Assembly (NCBI GenBank): GCA_964615725.1
Contig: CAZTPW010000001.1
Location: 18,700-82,699, forward strand
Direction: 5' to 3'
DNA: 64,000 nt
Origin: an uncultured Candidatus Saccharibacteria bacterium
Lineage (GTDB): Bacteria; Patescibacteriota; Minisyncoccia; Phycocordibacterales; CAZTPW01
Shown here: positions 39,871 to 49,565 of the stretch, piece after piece
Numbering within the stretch: position 1 is the stretch's first letter
Layout: each line of letters opens with the position of its first letter
Translations under genes and position numbers: made by a program
Notes under the pieces: model-generated
Told to the model about the DNA's origin: nothing
The model's input: the letters and a program-made list of their open reading frames with translations, nothing else
Databases searched by the model: none

Positions 39871-40743
39871 TTATTCTTGAATGATAATTGGTTTTGGGTG
39901 ACTTGATATAAGATCAGCGATGACAATGACTCGATTTTCTACACTTCCAGGGACATTACAGGTAGAAAGGGTAAGTGTTCGACCATCATTACTGAGAGGA
40001 ATCGCGGCGGCGTTAGTTACTGATTGCACTGAGCGGATTTTGTAGACATAGACGTTTTCGGTGCCAGTCACTTGAATCTCCTCGCCTGCCTTGAGCTGGT
40101 AAATTCCCGTGAATGCTTTGTAGGCTTGGTTCTTTACGATCTTTGCGTAGGAGCTATGACCGAATATAAAAACATTTCCATCCTGATTTAAGAACGCACT
40201 CTCAGGGTAGCGTACCGCCCCTTTCAGGAGAAAACTGCTTAGCGTAGCGAGGTTTTTCTCTTCTGGATTAAAGACTGAAACCTCCTTCTTGATTGATGGG
40301 AAGAAAATTGATTGAGGGGTTTCAAGGGTGCCGGATGTAGTATACACAAGCGGTGGAAAGACGCGAGTACTTACCTCATGTGATTGGTTTTTGAGCGCCG
40401 AGCTCCCTTGGGCAAGCGCGGCTGTGGTGCGAATTTGTGCTACCTCAATATCTGGAGCCGCTGAAGTAATCTTTTTTACCCCAACAATCGACGCCACAAC
40501 GCTTTTATCAGTTTCTTCTGGAACAATCTCATCACCACCTGACGATGCGTGGAGAATATCGGATACCGCTACGTAGTGAGGCTGAATTTTTTCCTGGATA
40601 TTGTTTGGGAGAAAACCAAAAATACCAGAAAGGGTGAAAATAACGAAGGCGAAAATTGCCACAGTAAATGAAAAGCCGTACGTATGTGGCGCAACCTTTC
40701 TATGAAGCGCTTTGACGGGCGCCAAAATTCCTTTGATTTTCAT
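39871..40743 (-). CDS. Sortase-family transpeptidase
   Basis: N-terminal transmembrane segment, the IFGHSSY His motif, the TLTLSTCN Cys motif (TLxTC) and a downstream Arg (ENRVIV). It lies immediately upstream of the substrate gene. Confidence 0.8.
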   Translation of the reverse strand: MKIKGILAPVKALHRKVAPHTYGFSFTVAIFAFVIFTLSGIFGFLPNNIQEKIQPHYVAVSDILHASSGGDEIVPEETDKSVVASIVGVKKITSAAPDIEVAQIRTTAALAQGSSALKNQSHEVSTRVFPPLVYTTSGTLETPQSIFFPSIKKEVSVFNPEEKNLATLSSFLLKGAVRYPESAFLNQDGNVFIFGHSSYAKIVKNQAYKAFTGIYQLKAGEEIQVTGTENVYVYKIRSVQSVTNAAAIPLSNDGRTLTLSTCNVPGSVENRVIVIADLISSHPKPIIIQE

Positions 40744-40806
40744 ATGAGATGCGAGAAATCTACCCTTCTATAATACAACTAATATGAGAATTGTCAATTT
40801 ATTGTT

Positions 40807-41415
40807 CTAGCGGTGGCGCACCTTGAGTCCCCAAGCATTTGCATCAGAAAGTCGTGTGCGACGAGCGAGCGGAATTTGTGCGAGACCAAAGAGAATCGTG
40901 AGTACGATAGTGGCGACTTTGTAGTGGACCCACTCCTGTTCGGTATAGTTTCTCCAGACGTATTCGTTGGTAATTGCCAAAAAGAAGAAAAAGAACATCC
41001 AGCGGTGTGAGAGCTTCTCCCATCCCCTATCCTGGATAGAAAAAAGTGAATGAAAAAGTCGCTTGAGTGGCAATCTCCCTGAGAGAGTACCTACCATCAT
41101 AACGACACCAAATGCCCCATTGTATATCGTGTCCTTAATGATCAAATAATGTGGATCATGAAAAATAATCGTAAGTCCACCGAAAATCACGATCGAGATA
41201 CCTGCAATGAGCGGAAAGAGTGCCATTTTTTCATGATGATGATAAGCCAAAAGGAGTGTCACGAGTGTTGTGACTACAAAAATAATGGTCGCTGGGACAA
41301 ACTTCAAAAATTCGAAAGAAAAGAAGAAAACGACAATCGGACCAAATTCAATAAACCAACTCAGAGCAATTTTTCTGATGTTCCTCACCCTTATAGTATA
41401 TCGCCCCATACCCAT
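40807..41415 (-). CDS. YciB/IspZ-family inner-membrane (septation-associated) protein
   Basis: FGPIVVFFFSFEF...EKMALFPLIAGISIVIFGGLTIIFHDP resembles E. coli YciB blocks (FLPLVVFFAF...[24 protein letters not shown]). The start is uncertain (41415 or 41451). Confidence 0.55.
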   Translation of the reverse strand: MGMGRYTIRVRNIRKIALSWFIEFGPIVVFFFSFEFLKFVPATIIFVVTTLVTLLLAYHHHEKMALFPLIAGISIVIFGGLTIIFHDPHYLIIKDTIYNGAFGVVMMVGTLSGRLPLKRLFHSLFSIQDRGWEKLSHRWMFFFFFLAITNEYVWRNYTEQEWVHYKVATIVLTILFGLAQIPLARRTRLSDANAWGLKVRHR

Positions 41416-41433
41416 ACTTGACAAACATGAATA

Positions 41434-42516
41434 TTGATATATAATTCGCATACTATGGAAAACCTACCAGGAATGCCAGTCAATCAGCCGGAAAAGCCAA
41501 AGTTTCTTGAGCCAGGGCATGGTGCCACAAAGGCGCTTGCGATTTTTGGTGTAATCGCTGCATTGGCACTTGTAAGTATTGGTATTATCAAGATTGCCCC
41601 TTCTATCATTCGAGGTATTGCCTCAGCGGCAGTATCTATTTCTTCAGTATTCCTCCCTGCTGAAAAAATTGCTTTTGATTCAAATAAATACACGATCGGA
41701 TCTGGCGAAGAATTTACCCTTACTTGGGAGCGTGAGGCTGACGCCAAAGGTGATGGCTCATATACTTTGAGCTATCCTTGTGAGACCGGAGTTCACTTTG
41801 AGCTTATTCAAAATGGTAAGGCTCAGGTTATTTTCTGCAATACATCATTCAACTTTTTGAATGAAAACAATTCCGTCAAACTCGTAGGCTACAATACCAA
41901 GAGCAATTCTCTTGAAATCCCGATTACACTTCATTTCCGAAAGAATGGTGCATCGAGCGACACAACAACATCAGTTGTTTCAATGACTATTACCAAAGGC
42001 GCGACGCCTTCACAGCCGGTAAATACTGACGGCCAGACTGGTACTCAGACAGGTACGCAGCCTCGTACCGGCACTCGTACAGAGCGTCTCTACCCTATTC
42101 GAATTGGTTCACAGGGTGGTGTAAGCAATCCAAATGGCTATGTTGACCTTACAGGCCGAATTCTCGAAGTTGGTACCGTAAGCACTACTACCAACGTCTT
42201 CACCGCAAAAGATAAGGTACGACCTGATCAGCGAGCTGCGGTTCGATTTGAAGTCATCAACAATGGTACCAAGACTTCTTCTGAATGGGCTTTCGCTGCG
42301 GTGCTTCCTACATTCCCAAGCTATATCTTCCAGTCAGAATACCAGCAACCTCTCGCTCCTGGCGACCGAATCCAATTCACCATCGGCTTCGACAGCATCA
42401 TTCGTCAGTCTGAAAATACCATCAAGATCAATATCGACAATACCAATTACGTGATGGAGCCAAACAAGGACAACAATATCGTTTCCGGCAAGATTTACGT
42501 CGATCTATCAAACTAA
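41434..42516 (+). CDS. Hypothetical membrane-anchored extracellular protein (360 aa)
   Basis: N-terminal transmembrane segment ALAIFGVIAALALVSIGII, then a Thr/Gln-rich linker and a beta-rich domain. No motif recognised. Confidence 0.45.
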   Translation: MIYNSHTMENLPGMPVNQPEKPKFLEPGHGATKALAIFGVIAALALVSIGIIKIAPSIIRGIASAAVSISSVFLPAEKIAFDSNKYTIGSGEEFTLTWEREADAKGDGSYTLSYPCETGVHFELIQNGKAQVIFCNTSFNFLNENNSVKLVGYNTKSNSLEIPITLHFRKNGASSDTTTSVVSMTITKGATPSQPVNTDGQTGTQTGTQPRTGTRTERLYPIRIGSQGGVSNPNGYVDLTGRILEVGTVSTTTNVFTAKDKVRPDQRAAVRFEVINNGTKTSSEWAFAAVLPTFPSYIFQSEYQQPLAPGDRIQFTIGFDSIIRQSENTIKINIDNTNYVMEPNKDNNIVSGKIYVDLSN

Positions 42517-42553
42517 GCGAAAGAAAACCTCCCGATGGGAGGTTTTCTTTCGC
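42517..42553. terminator. 17-bp perfect palindrome (GCGAAAGAAAACCTCCC-GAT-GGGAGGTTTTCTTTCGC) exactly filling the gap between convergent stop codons
   Basis: Read directly from the sequence. Bidirectional terminator. Confidence 0.8.
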
Positions 42554-43510
42554 TTATGATTTGACTTCTTCAAGTTTCTTTATTGATTCTTTTTTTATCT
42601 CATGAAATAAGACTTCAACGCCAGGGCCATCAAAAGTGAACCCTGATCTGCTTCGAAGGTAAATTTGTATTAAGTCAGAAAGTGGCATTTTTTTGAGTTC
42701 AAAAGAAGTTAAATTACCAACACCTAAAGCTACCTGAACATACTGAGAAATCTGATTTGCTTCTAAGAGAGTTACCAGGTCTCCTTCTAAATGCCTGACA
42801 TAACGATCCTTGGCTTTTCTAATTTTTTCTTGCAATTCAACCCTATCTTCATTATTTGTTAGGAATGAACATTCAACTCTTCCTTGACCAAAATCAAGTG
42901 TGGCCTGATCGTCTAACTCATCGGAGGTAGGTTTTACATAAGCAATAAGCGCTTTAGGTTGCAAACAACTCATAAGCATCTTTTTCTCATAACTTTCTAT
43001 GGGTTGGATATCTTCAATGATTTCAGGAATCTTCTCCTTAAAAGTGCCTGCATACCAACCCTTATAAGCTACTTCCATAAGTTCAATATATTCCCTGAGT
43101 ATTTCTGGTCCTTTGCCATAAAAAGTGGCGTCCTCGTGATTATATGTGCAATAAACCTTACGTCTCATAGCGTGCTTATCTGGTTGTAGTCTTGGTTTTA
43201 TCTCACCACCTTTGCCATTTTGAACAAGTCTAAAAAGATCTGCGAGCAAGGGGTGGGTACTGAATACAGCTTTTAGACTTTCAACATTATCTAGTTTATT
43301 TTGAATACCACCATCTTTAATGTCTTCCTCAAACCATGCACTTGTACCATGAAACAATGTTGGTAGATCCATTGAAATTTCTTGGGATTCGTAATTATAT
43401 CCATCATCGATAATTAAATGGCGTAGTTTGAAAACCTCTCTTATCTCCTCAAGTGGTCTCTCTTTTTGTAACTGTTCGTTTGAAAAATTTTGGTACTCTC
43501 TATTTTCCAT
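42554..43510 (-). CDS. Hypothetical protein (~318 aa), AT-rich, second gene of a two-gene operon
   Basis: Intact ORF. A likely start is MENREYQ at 43510, 4 nt after the upstream gene stop. Motifs LFHGTSAWF and FYGKG were noted but no family was assigned. Confidence 0.5.
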   Translation of the reverse strand: MENREYQNFSNEQLQKERPLEEIREVFKLRHLIIDDGYNYESQEISMDLPTLFHGTSAWFEEDIKDGGIQNKLDNVESLKAVFSTHPLLADLFRLVQNGKGGEIKPRLQPDKHAMRRKVYCTYNHEDATFYGKGPEILREYIELMEVAYKGWYAGTFKEKIPEIIEDIQPIESYEKKMLMSCLQPKALIAYVKPTSDELDDQATLDFGQGRVECSFLTNNEDRVELQEKIRKAKDRYVRHLEGDLVTLLEANQISQYVQVALGVGNLTSFELKKMPLSDLIQIYLRSRSGFTFDGPGVEVLFHEIKKESIKKLEEVKS

Positions 43511-43514
43511 GGAA

Positions 43515-45371
43515 TTACAATGAAAAAATATACTTCCTATCAACCGGAACGCGGCTATCCCAGCCATCACTGCTAGTTTTATAAATTTCAAGATCAATTC
43601 TTCTTGGATCGCCAGCATGATCTGGGCGTTTCAAAACAAATATATGGGCAACGCCAGACAGGCTTGCGGGTCGATTATCAAAAACTTGAAAATATTCAAA
43701 TTTATCTGTGGGCTCACCCTTATATTGTTCTCTAAGAAAAGGGATAATTTCCCCTGGACACAACCTTAAACCAACCTGACCAAGCGCCAGAGCAATTTGC
43801 CGCATAGAAATATCCCCTTGCTGTGCCCAAGGAAATAATTGCTTTGCGGAAAAAGCTGCAAGTTTATAAGATTTTTCATGACCATCAAATTTCATTTTCA
43901 ATATTTCCTCCTTCGCTTCACCAGAAGGAAAGTTGTGATGCTCCAACAACGCTAAAGCGTCCTGAGCTGTCCTTACGTTAGGTTTAATTGTGATGGTTTG
44001 ACAAAAAGCAATTCTTTTAGGAAATTCCTCATAAATAATTGTGTTTTTGTGTGCACGCCTTGCCACTTCCGGCTCCCACTTACCAACGTAAACTCGTATT
44101 GAATCATTAAGCTGCTCTAATGATTCTGCGACCTGATTATTTTCAATTCCAAGAATTGTAGCAATATCACTTCTTCTCTCCTTACTTCTGTTGTCGAGTA
44201 ATTCTTTAATCCTTGGATCTTTTTGATATCCAAAACTTTTAATCGGTTTGTCGATTTCGTATAAAAACACAAGCTCGTCCTTTGTAAAAGGTACGGCTTT
44301 TTGCTGTTTTTTCTCGAGCTCAGTAAGTAGCCGCATATCTGCAACCTTCTGACGATATACATCAGCTTCGGAACCAAACTCTTTAAGTTTTTCGTCGAGA
44401 ATATCCTGCATCAGTGGTTCAACTTCCTGATGCGGAAGAATTCCTCGGACTTCAGCAAGCGTCTTTGAACCTTCCATGCGAATTGCGATACGTGGCTGTT
44501 TTGCTTCTCCAGTTGAATTATTCGTATAATATACATAAAAATCTCCTGACTTAACCTGAGTCTCAGCAGTTGATCTACCCGCAGTGCACCAACCAGTGCC
44601 TTTATTTTCAAGAGATTTGAAAAGTTTCTCAGCTGCACCATCTTCATTTTGATTATATTTTACCCATTTTCCGACAATCTCCTCACGATTTTCAATTGAG
44701 GAGGCAAGAGATTTTAACGTCAGCTCGGCGTAAAGGGATGGAAATTTTCTATCAAATTGTTGCCGGGCTTCTATATCCTTATTATTGTCCTTTACGCGCT
44801 CGTAAATATCAGCAATCTGTGCCAGAGGTTCTCTATAGATATCAGGAAAAGGTGCGACGGTGGTGGCAGTTCGTTTTTTGAATTCACCTCGTTCTTTGTC
44901 AAATTGCGAGAGTTTAATGATCTGGTTCCATACATAATACTTAAACCAGACTGGGTATACAGCATCGGAAGACGTCAAATAATCAACCCACACATCCAAC
45001 GAATGCTTCTGGTCTTCTATGGCAGTATTTATCATTAAGTCTCTTGTCTCCTGGGGGATTTCTTCAACAGCCTGACCTCGTTCGCGTGCTATCTTTTTTT
45101 GAAGATCAAAAAAAGATTCTGGAAAATTCTCTTTTTTAATAACAAGAGCATCGTATATTTCATGTCGAAACATATCAACATTACGCTTCCGCGCATCCTC
45201 ATCTTCATTAAGGAAAATTTTTTCGAGACGATCAAGATAACTTTGAATACGCCTTGATGGATCATTAGGGATTTCCTCTCCCGCCTTGCGCTCATCACGT
45301 TCCACCGCGTGCTCCACATCAGATGAAATTTGGAGTTCGGGATTTTTGAGATGAAGGGGATGCTTTTCCAT
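43515..45371 (-). CDS. Hypothetical large protein (618 aa), AT-rich, first gene of the two-gene operon
   Basis: Intact 618-aa ORF with no P-loop or other recognisable motif. Rich in charged helical sequence. Confidence 0.5.
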   Translation of the reverse strand: MEKHPLHLKNPELQISSDVEHAVERDERKAGEEIPNDPSRRIQSYLDRLEKIFLNEDEDARKRNVDMFRHEIYDALVIKKENFPESFFDLQKKIARERGQAVEEIPQETRDLMINTAIEDQKHSLDVWVDYLTSSDAVYPVWFKYYVWNQIIKLSQFDKERGEFKKRTATTVAPFPDIYREPLAQIADIYERVKDNNKDIEARQQFDRKFPSLYAELTLKSLASSIENREEIVGKWVKYNQNEDGAAEKLFKSLENKGTGWCTAGRSTAETQVKSGDFYVYYTNNSTGEAKQPRIAIRMEGSKTLAEVRGILPHQEVEPLMQDILDEKLKEFGSEADVYRQKVADMRLLTELEKKQQKAVPFTKDELVFLYEIDKPIKSFGYQKDPRIKELLDNRSKERRSDIATILGIENNQVAESLEQLNDSIRVYVGKWEPEVARRAHKNTIIYEEFPKRIAFCQTITIKPNVRTAQDALALLEHHNFPSGEAKEEILKMKFDGHEKSYKLAAFSAKQLFPWAQQGDISMRQIALALGQVGLRLCPGEIIPFLREQYKGEPTDKFEYFQVFDNRPASLSGVAHIFVLKRPDHAGDPRRIDLEIYKTSSDGWDSRVPVDRKYIFSL

Positions 45372-45380
45372 TAGTTAAAA

Positions 45381-47465
45381 CTAAATATCCAAATTGGCAG
45401 ACTTCGCGTTTGACTGAATGAAACTCTTTCGAGCTGGCACATCAGTACCCATCAACATATCGAAGACAACATCGGCATCAGCCGCGTCTTCAATGCGCAC
45501 CTGCTTCAATACACGACGAGCTGGATCCATGGTGGTTTCCCAGAGCTCCTCTGCATTCATTTCTCCAAGACCTTTGTATCGCTGAATGGTAAATTTCTGC
45601 TTCTTTGAATCCCCTTTGCCTGCCTTCTTTGGTGATTCGTCATTCTCCTCTTCCTCAGTGTCTTCAGCATCCTCGCCTTCGTTTTCAGCAATATCCTGAA
45701 TCTCCACAGTGTCGGCATCTTTTCCTACAATCTTTGCTTTTTCAGCATCAGAATATGCATAGTAGATCGTCTTGCCTGCTTTGATCTTGTAGAGCGGTGG
45801 CTGAGCAATGTACACATATCCTCCATCAATCAATGGTCGGAAATATCGATACAAGAGTGTGAGAATAAGCGTACGGATGTGTGCACCGTCCACGTCGGCA
45901 TCGGTAGCAATAATGATTTTATGATAACGAAGCTTTGAGAGATCAAAAGTGTCACCGATCGCAGTACCCATGGCGATAACGAGATTTTTAATCTGCTCAG
46001 AAGCAAGCATTCGGTCGAGGCGGGCGCGCTCGATGTTCAAAATCTTACCTCGAAGTGGGAGGATGGCCTGGGTACGACGGTCGCGCCCGACCTTCGCAGT
46101 ACCACCCGCTGAGTCTCCCTCCACAATGAAGACCTCTGACTCACTTGCGTCTTTTGTCTGACAGTCAGCAAGCTTTCCTGGAAGTGTCATACCTTCAAGC
46201 ACACCCTTTCGGAGGATGCTGTCCTTTGCAGCTTTGGCCGCTTTTCGTGCCTTAAGCGCAAGAACGGCCTTTCCTACGATCATTTTTGCATCATCAGGAT
46301 TTTCCTCAAGGAATGCAGCAAAAGCCTCTCCAAAGACACTTTCAACGGCTCCACGAGCTTCCACGCTACCAAGCTTTGCTTTGGTCTGTCCTTCAAACTG
46401 GATTTCCCGCATTTTCACCGAGACCACAGCAGTAAGACCCTCAACAACGTCATCTCCTGTGAAGTTGTCTTCACTTTCGCGAATCAAACTATTCTTTCGT
46501 CCATAGGTGTTCAATGTACGAGTAAGAGCGGTCTTGAAGCCGGTCACATGAGTACCACCTTCTGAGTTGTAGATGTTATTTGCAAAAGGAAGAATGCGTG
46601 ATGAGATGTCATCGACGTACTGTAGCGCCACTTCGACAGACTCGACTCCTTCAGTTTTCTTCTCAACATAGAAAACATTGCGATGAAGAGGCTTCAAAAC
46701 ATGGTTGGTAAACTTCACGAGCGAAAGAAGTCCTCCTTCAAAATAGAAGGTATGCGACGGGGCATTATAACCAAGATCTCGGATATAAATGGTCTTGTCG
46801 TAATCAATATTTCCAGCAACCTCGCGAGCATCGATCACGCTGATACGCAAACCTCGAACGAGATACGCTTGCTGACGCATATAGTTAACGACACGGTGGA
46901 AATCAAATGTTTGCTTGCCGAAAATAATTTCATCTGGCTCGAAGGTAACGATGGTACCGTTGAACTTTGATGGGCCGGTGCGCTTGGTAGCTGCTTTTTT
47001 CTTTCCCTGAGAGTATTCCTGGAAATAATGACCACCTTCTCGATGGACATCAACACGACAAAAGACTGAGAGTGCGTTTACCACAGACGCACCCACTCCA
47101 TGGAGACCTCCAGAAACCTTGTAGCCCTCACCACCAAACTTACCTCCGGCGTGGAGCACAGTCATGATGGTCTCGAGAGCTGAGACTTTTGTCTGCTTGT
47201 GGACGTCGACTGGAATACCTCGACCGTTGTCAACCACGCGGATACGGTTACTAGGCAGAAATGTAATTTCAATATCATTACAATGACCACCCATCGCTTC
47301 GTCGCGGGAGTTGTCGAAAATTTCATTAATGAGGTGATGAAAACCGTCTGGTCCAGTGGTACCAATGTACATACCAGGACGCTTTCGCACTGGCTCAAGA
47401 CCCTCCAGAACGGTGATCGAATCAGCGCCGTACCCACTCTTCTTTTCCTCCTTTTCTTTGGCCAT
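45381..47465 (-). CDS. gyrB: DNA gyrase subunit B (with acidic C-terminal insertion)
   Basis: GHKL ATPase HAGGKFGGEGYKVSGGLHGVGASVVNALS and TOPRIM EGDSAGG. Contains an insert EDAEDTEEEENDESPKKAGKGDSKK. Confidence 0.95.
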   Translation of the reverse strand: MAKEKEEKKSGYGADSITVLEGLEPVRKRPGMYIGTTGPDGFHHLINEIFDNSRDEAMGGHCNDIEITFLPSNRIRVVDNGRGIPVDVHKQTKVSALETIMTVLHAGGKFGGEGYKVSGGLHGVGASVVNALSVFCRVDVHREGGHYFQEYSQGKKKAATKRTGPSKFNGTIVTFEPDEIIFGKQTFDFHRVVNYMRQQAYLVRGLRISVIDAREVAGNIDYDKTIYIRDLGYNAPSHTFYFEGGLLSLVKFTNHVLKPLHRNVFYVEKKTEGVESVEVALQYVDDISSRILPFANNIYNSEGGTHVTGFKTALTRTLNTYGRKNSLIRESEDNFTGDDVVEGLTAVVSVKMREIQFEGQTKAKLGSVEARGAVESVFGEAFAAFLEENPDDAKMIVGKAVLALKARKAAKAAKDSILRKGVLEGMTLPGKLADCQTKDASESEVFIVEGDSAGGTAKVGRDRRTQAILPLRGKILNIERARLDRMLASEQIKNLVIAMGTAIGDTFDLSKLRYHKIIIATDADVDGAHIRTLILTLLYRYFRPLIDGGYVYIAQPPLYKIKAGKTIYYAYSDAEKAKIVGKDADTVEIQDIAENEGEDAEDTEEEENDESPKKAGKGDSKKQKFTIQRYKGLGEMNAEELWETTMDPARRVLKQVRIEDAADADVVFDMLMGTDVPARKSFIQSNAKSANLDI

Positions 47466-47598
47466 ATAAATGCGAAATCGTTACAAAAATATAATAAGAT
47501 ACCGAGTATCCTTACCCCTTTATTATATCAAATTGGTCAAGAAAAACCAAGGTGGAAAAACCTCGAAAAACCTTGACATAAAGCCCTAAAATGGCTTA

Positions 47599-49563
47599 TT
47601 AGCGAGTAATCCAACCCTTCTTTGAGGCTGCTTCGTAGATTGACTGCATAATAGTGTTTACTTCACTTTCCTCGAGAGTGCGCTCATTTGATTGGAATAC
47701 AATTCGGTAGGCATATGAGGTCTTTAGGGTGCCGTCTTCCATCTTCTTGCTAAAAACATCAAAGAGGCGGCGGCGCACCATAAGCGGCCCAGCGAGTGAG
47801 TCAATAAGTTCTTGCATCTCTTCGGGTTTTGTGGCTTCAGGAACGAACGCTGCTATGTCGCGGACAATATACGGGTAGGGTGAGATTGGTACATAACGAA
47901 TTCCTTCGGGGATTTTTCCGAATGAAAGTTCTGCGAGAGATTTTGGTTGAGGGAGTTTTTTGAGCTCTTCCTCAATAAAAATTTCGCACATTGCTCCTGA
48001 AGGGGTGTTTTTAATTGTTGCCTGTCCAAAGATGGGGGCAATCTCTTTGTCGAGGGCACTAAGTGCATTTTTGATGAGCGTCTCGCCGGTAATTCCTTTC
48101 ATTTTCTTTACCTGTTGAGCAGAGAGTGAAAGCACCGTGGTCTCACCTGATGGCAAGTCACTCACCTTTCGAGGAAACACTTTTCCGATTTCAAACATCT
48201 GAATCGCTTCGCGCTCGAGAATGTCGATGTTGAGTACATTCATTTTGAGTGCTCGCTCTGTATTTGTGAGAAGTGTTGTGCGAAGGAATTTTTTGTCAGA
48301 AGCAAGCGGATAGGCGACCTCATAATCCCCTTTTTGTACAAACGTATAGAGCAAGGTCTCTGAGAAACCCTGAGCTTTGAGTACATTTTTAATTTTTTCG
48401 CAATAGTAGAAGAGTGGATCGATGAGTTTGTCCGAATGAAGATTGGGTGGAAGTATAGCGGGAATCTTATCGTATCCATAGATACGACCAACCTCTTCAG
48501 CAATATCAGCTGGAATAGTCAGATCAAGTCGATATGAAGGAATATGACACACTATTTCATCACCTGCACCCTTTTCAGTCCTTACATCCAAGCGAGCAAG
48601 TATCGTTGAAATTTCTTGGGAACTGATACTTACACCAAGGATTGTTGAAATGATTGACGGGGTTACGGTAACGGTGCGCTCAATAGACTTCGGTGATCCA
48701 ACAGAAGAGCGCGCTCCGATTTTTATACCTTTAAGGGTTGATACGGCGATAGCGAGGGCGAGGTCGAGACCTTCGTCGATACGTTGCACTGGAATCGAGT
48801 TTTCGAAACGCTTTGAGGCATCAGTGCGTATGCCGATCTTTGAAGTGGTTACGCGCACCGATTCAGCTTTAAAATTACCTGCAACAAAAACTGCATTACG
48901 TGTTGAATCATCAACCTCAGCTCGCTTGCCACCTTTGATACCAGCAATGGCAAGAGGACCCTCATCGTCTGCTTCAACAAACATTGTAGGGTCAAGTTGT
49001 ATCGTCTTCCCATCGAGTGTCACGATACTCTCGCCAGCTTTTGCGTGGCGCAGTGTTATCGTCCCCCTAAGCTTGTCGGCATCGAAAACATGAAGTGGCT
49101 GACCAATATCGAGCAGTACATAATTGGTGATATCGACGAGGAAATTGATTGACCTCTGCCCAACCGCCTCAATGCGCTCCTTAAGCCATGTGGGGGTGGT
49201 GTGTTCTGAAATATGTGTGATAGAAAACGCTGAATACTTCTGACATAGTTCAGAATCTCTACCCTCAGAAAGAGCTAGCGGGTAAGCTTTTTCACTTGCT
49301 TGCGGAAATAGTTTTGTGAGAAGATCGTGGGTTTTTTTGAGTGGAATACCTGTCAAGGCAGATACCTCGTAGGCAATGCCTTTGTGTGAAAGCGCGTAAT
49401 GATTTCTATCCGCGAGTGTCTTGATGTCGAAAATTGTATCGCTACCCTTTTTCTCAATTCCCTCAACCTCAAAAACATGAAATATCAAAATCTCCTCGAG
49501 TTTTGCGGGCTCAGGAAGTGGTTTTTCAAAATATGACTGAAGCCATTCGTAAGAAATTTTCAT
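47599..49563 (-). CDS. pheT: Phenylalanyl-tRNA synthetase beta subunit (short form, no N-terminal tRNA-binding domain)
   Basis: B3/B4 and B5 blocks plus a C-terminal FDX-ACB-like region. 654 aa. Confidence 0.88.
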   Translation of the reverse strand: MKISYEWLQSYFEKPLPEPAKLEEILIFHVFEVEGIEKKGSDTIFDIKTLADRNHYALSHKGIAYEVSALTGIPLKKTHDLLTKLFPQASEKAYPLALSEGRDSELCQKYSAFSITHISEHTTPTWLKERIEAVGQRSINFLVDITNYVLLDIGQPLHVFDADKLRGTITLRHAKAGESIVTLDGKTIQLDPTMFVEADDEGPLAIAGIKGGKRAEVDDSTRNAVFVAGNFKAESVRVTTSKIGIRTDASKRFENSIPVQRIDEGLDLALAIAVSTLKGIKIGARSSVGSPKSIERTVTVTPSIISTILGVSISSQEISTILARLDVRTEKGAGDEIVCHIPSYRLDLTIPADIAEEVGRIYGYDKIPAILPPNLHSDKLIDPLFYYCEKIKNVLKAQGFSETLLYTFVQKGDYEVAYPLASDKKFLRTTLLTNTERALKMNVLNIDILEREAIQMFEIGKVFPRKVSDLPSGETTVLSLSAQQVKKMKGITGETLIKNALSALDKEIAPIFGQATIKNTPSGAMCEIFIEEELKKLPQPKSLAELSFGKIPEGIRYVPISPYPYIVRDIAAFVPEATKPEEMQELIDSLAGPLMVRRRLFDVFSKKMEDGTLKTSYAYRIVFQSNERTLEESEVNTIMQSIYEAASKKGWITR

Positions 49564-49565
49564 GA

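Noticed and set aside
42554-43510. Calling the 318-aa protein an ADP-ribosyltransferase on the basis of HGT(S) and FYGKG
   Set aside because: The H-to-Y spacing (about 77 aa) and the short Y-to-E distance do not match known H-Y-E ART cores. It is kept only as a weak hint.
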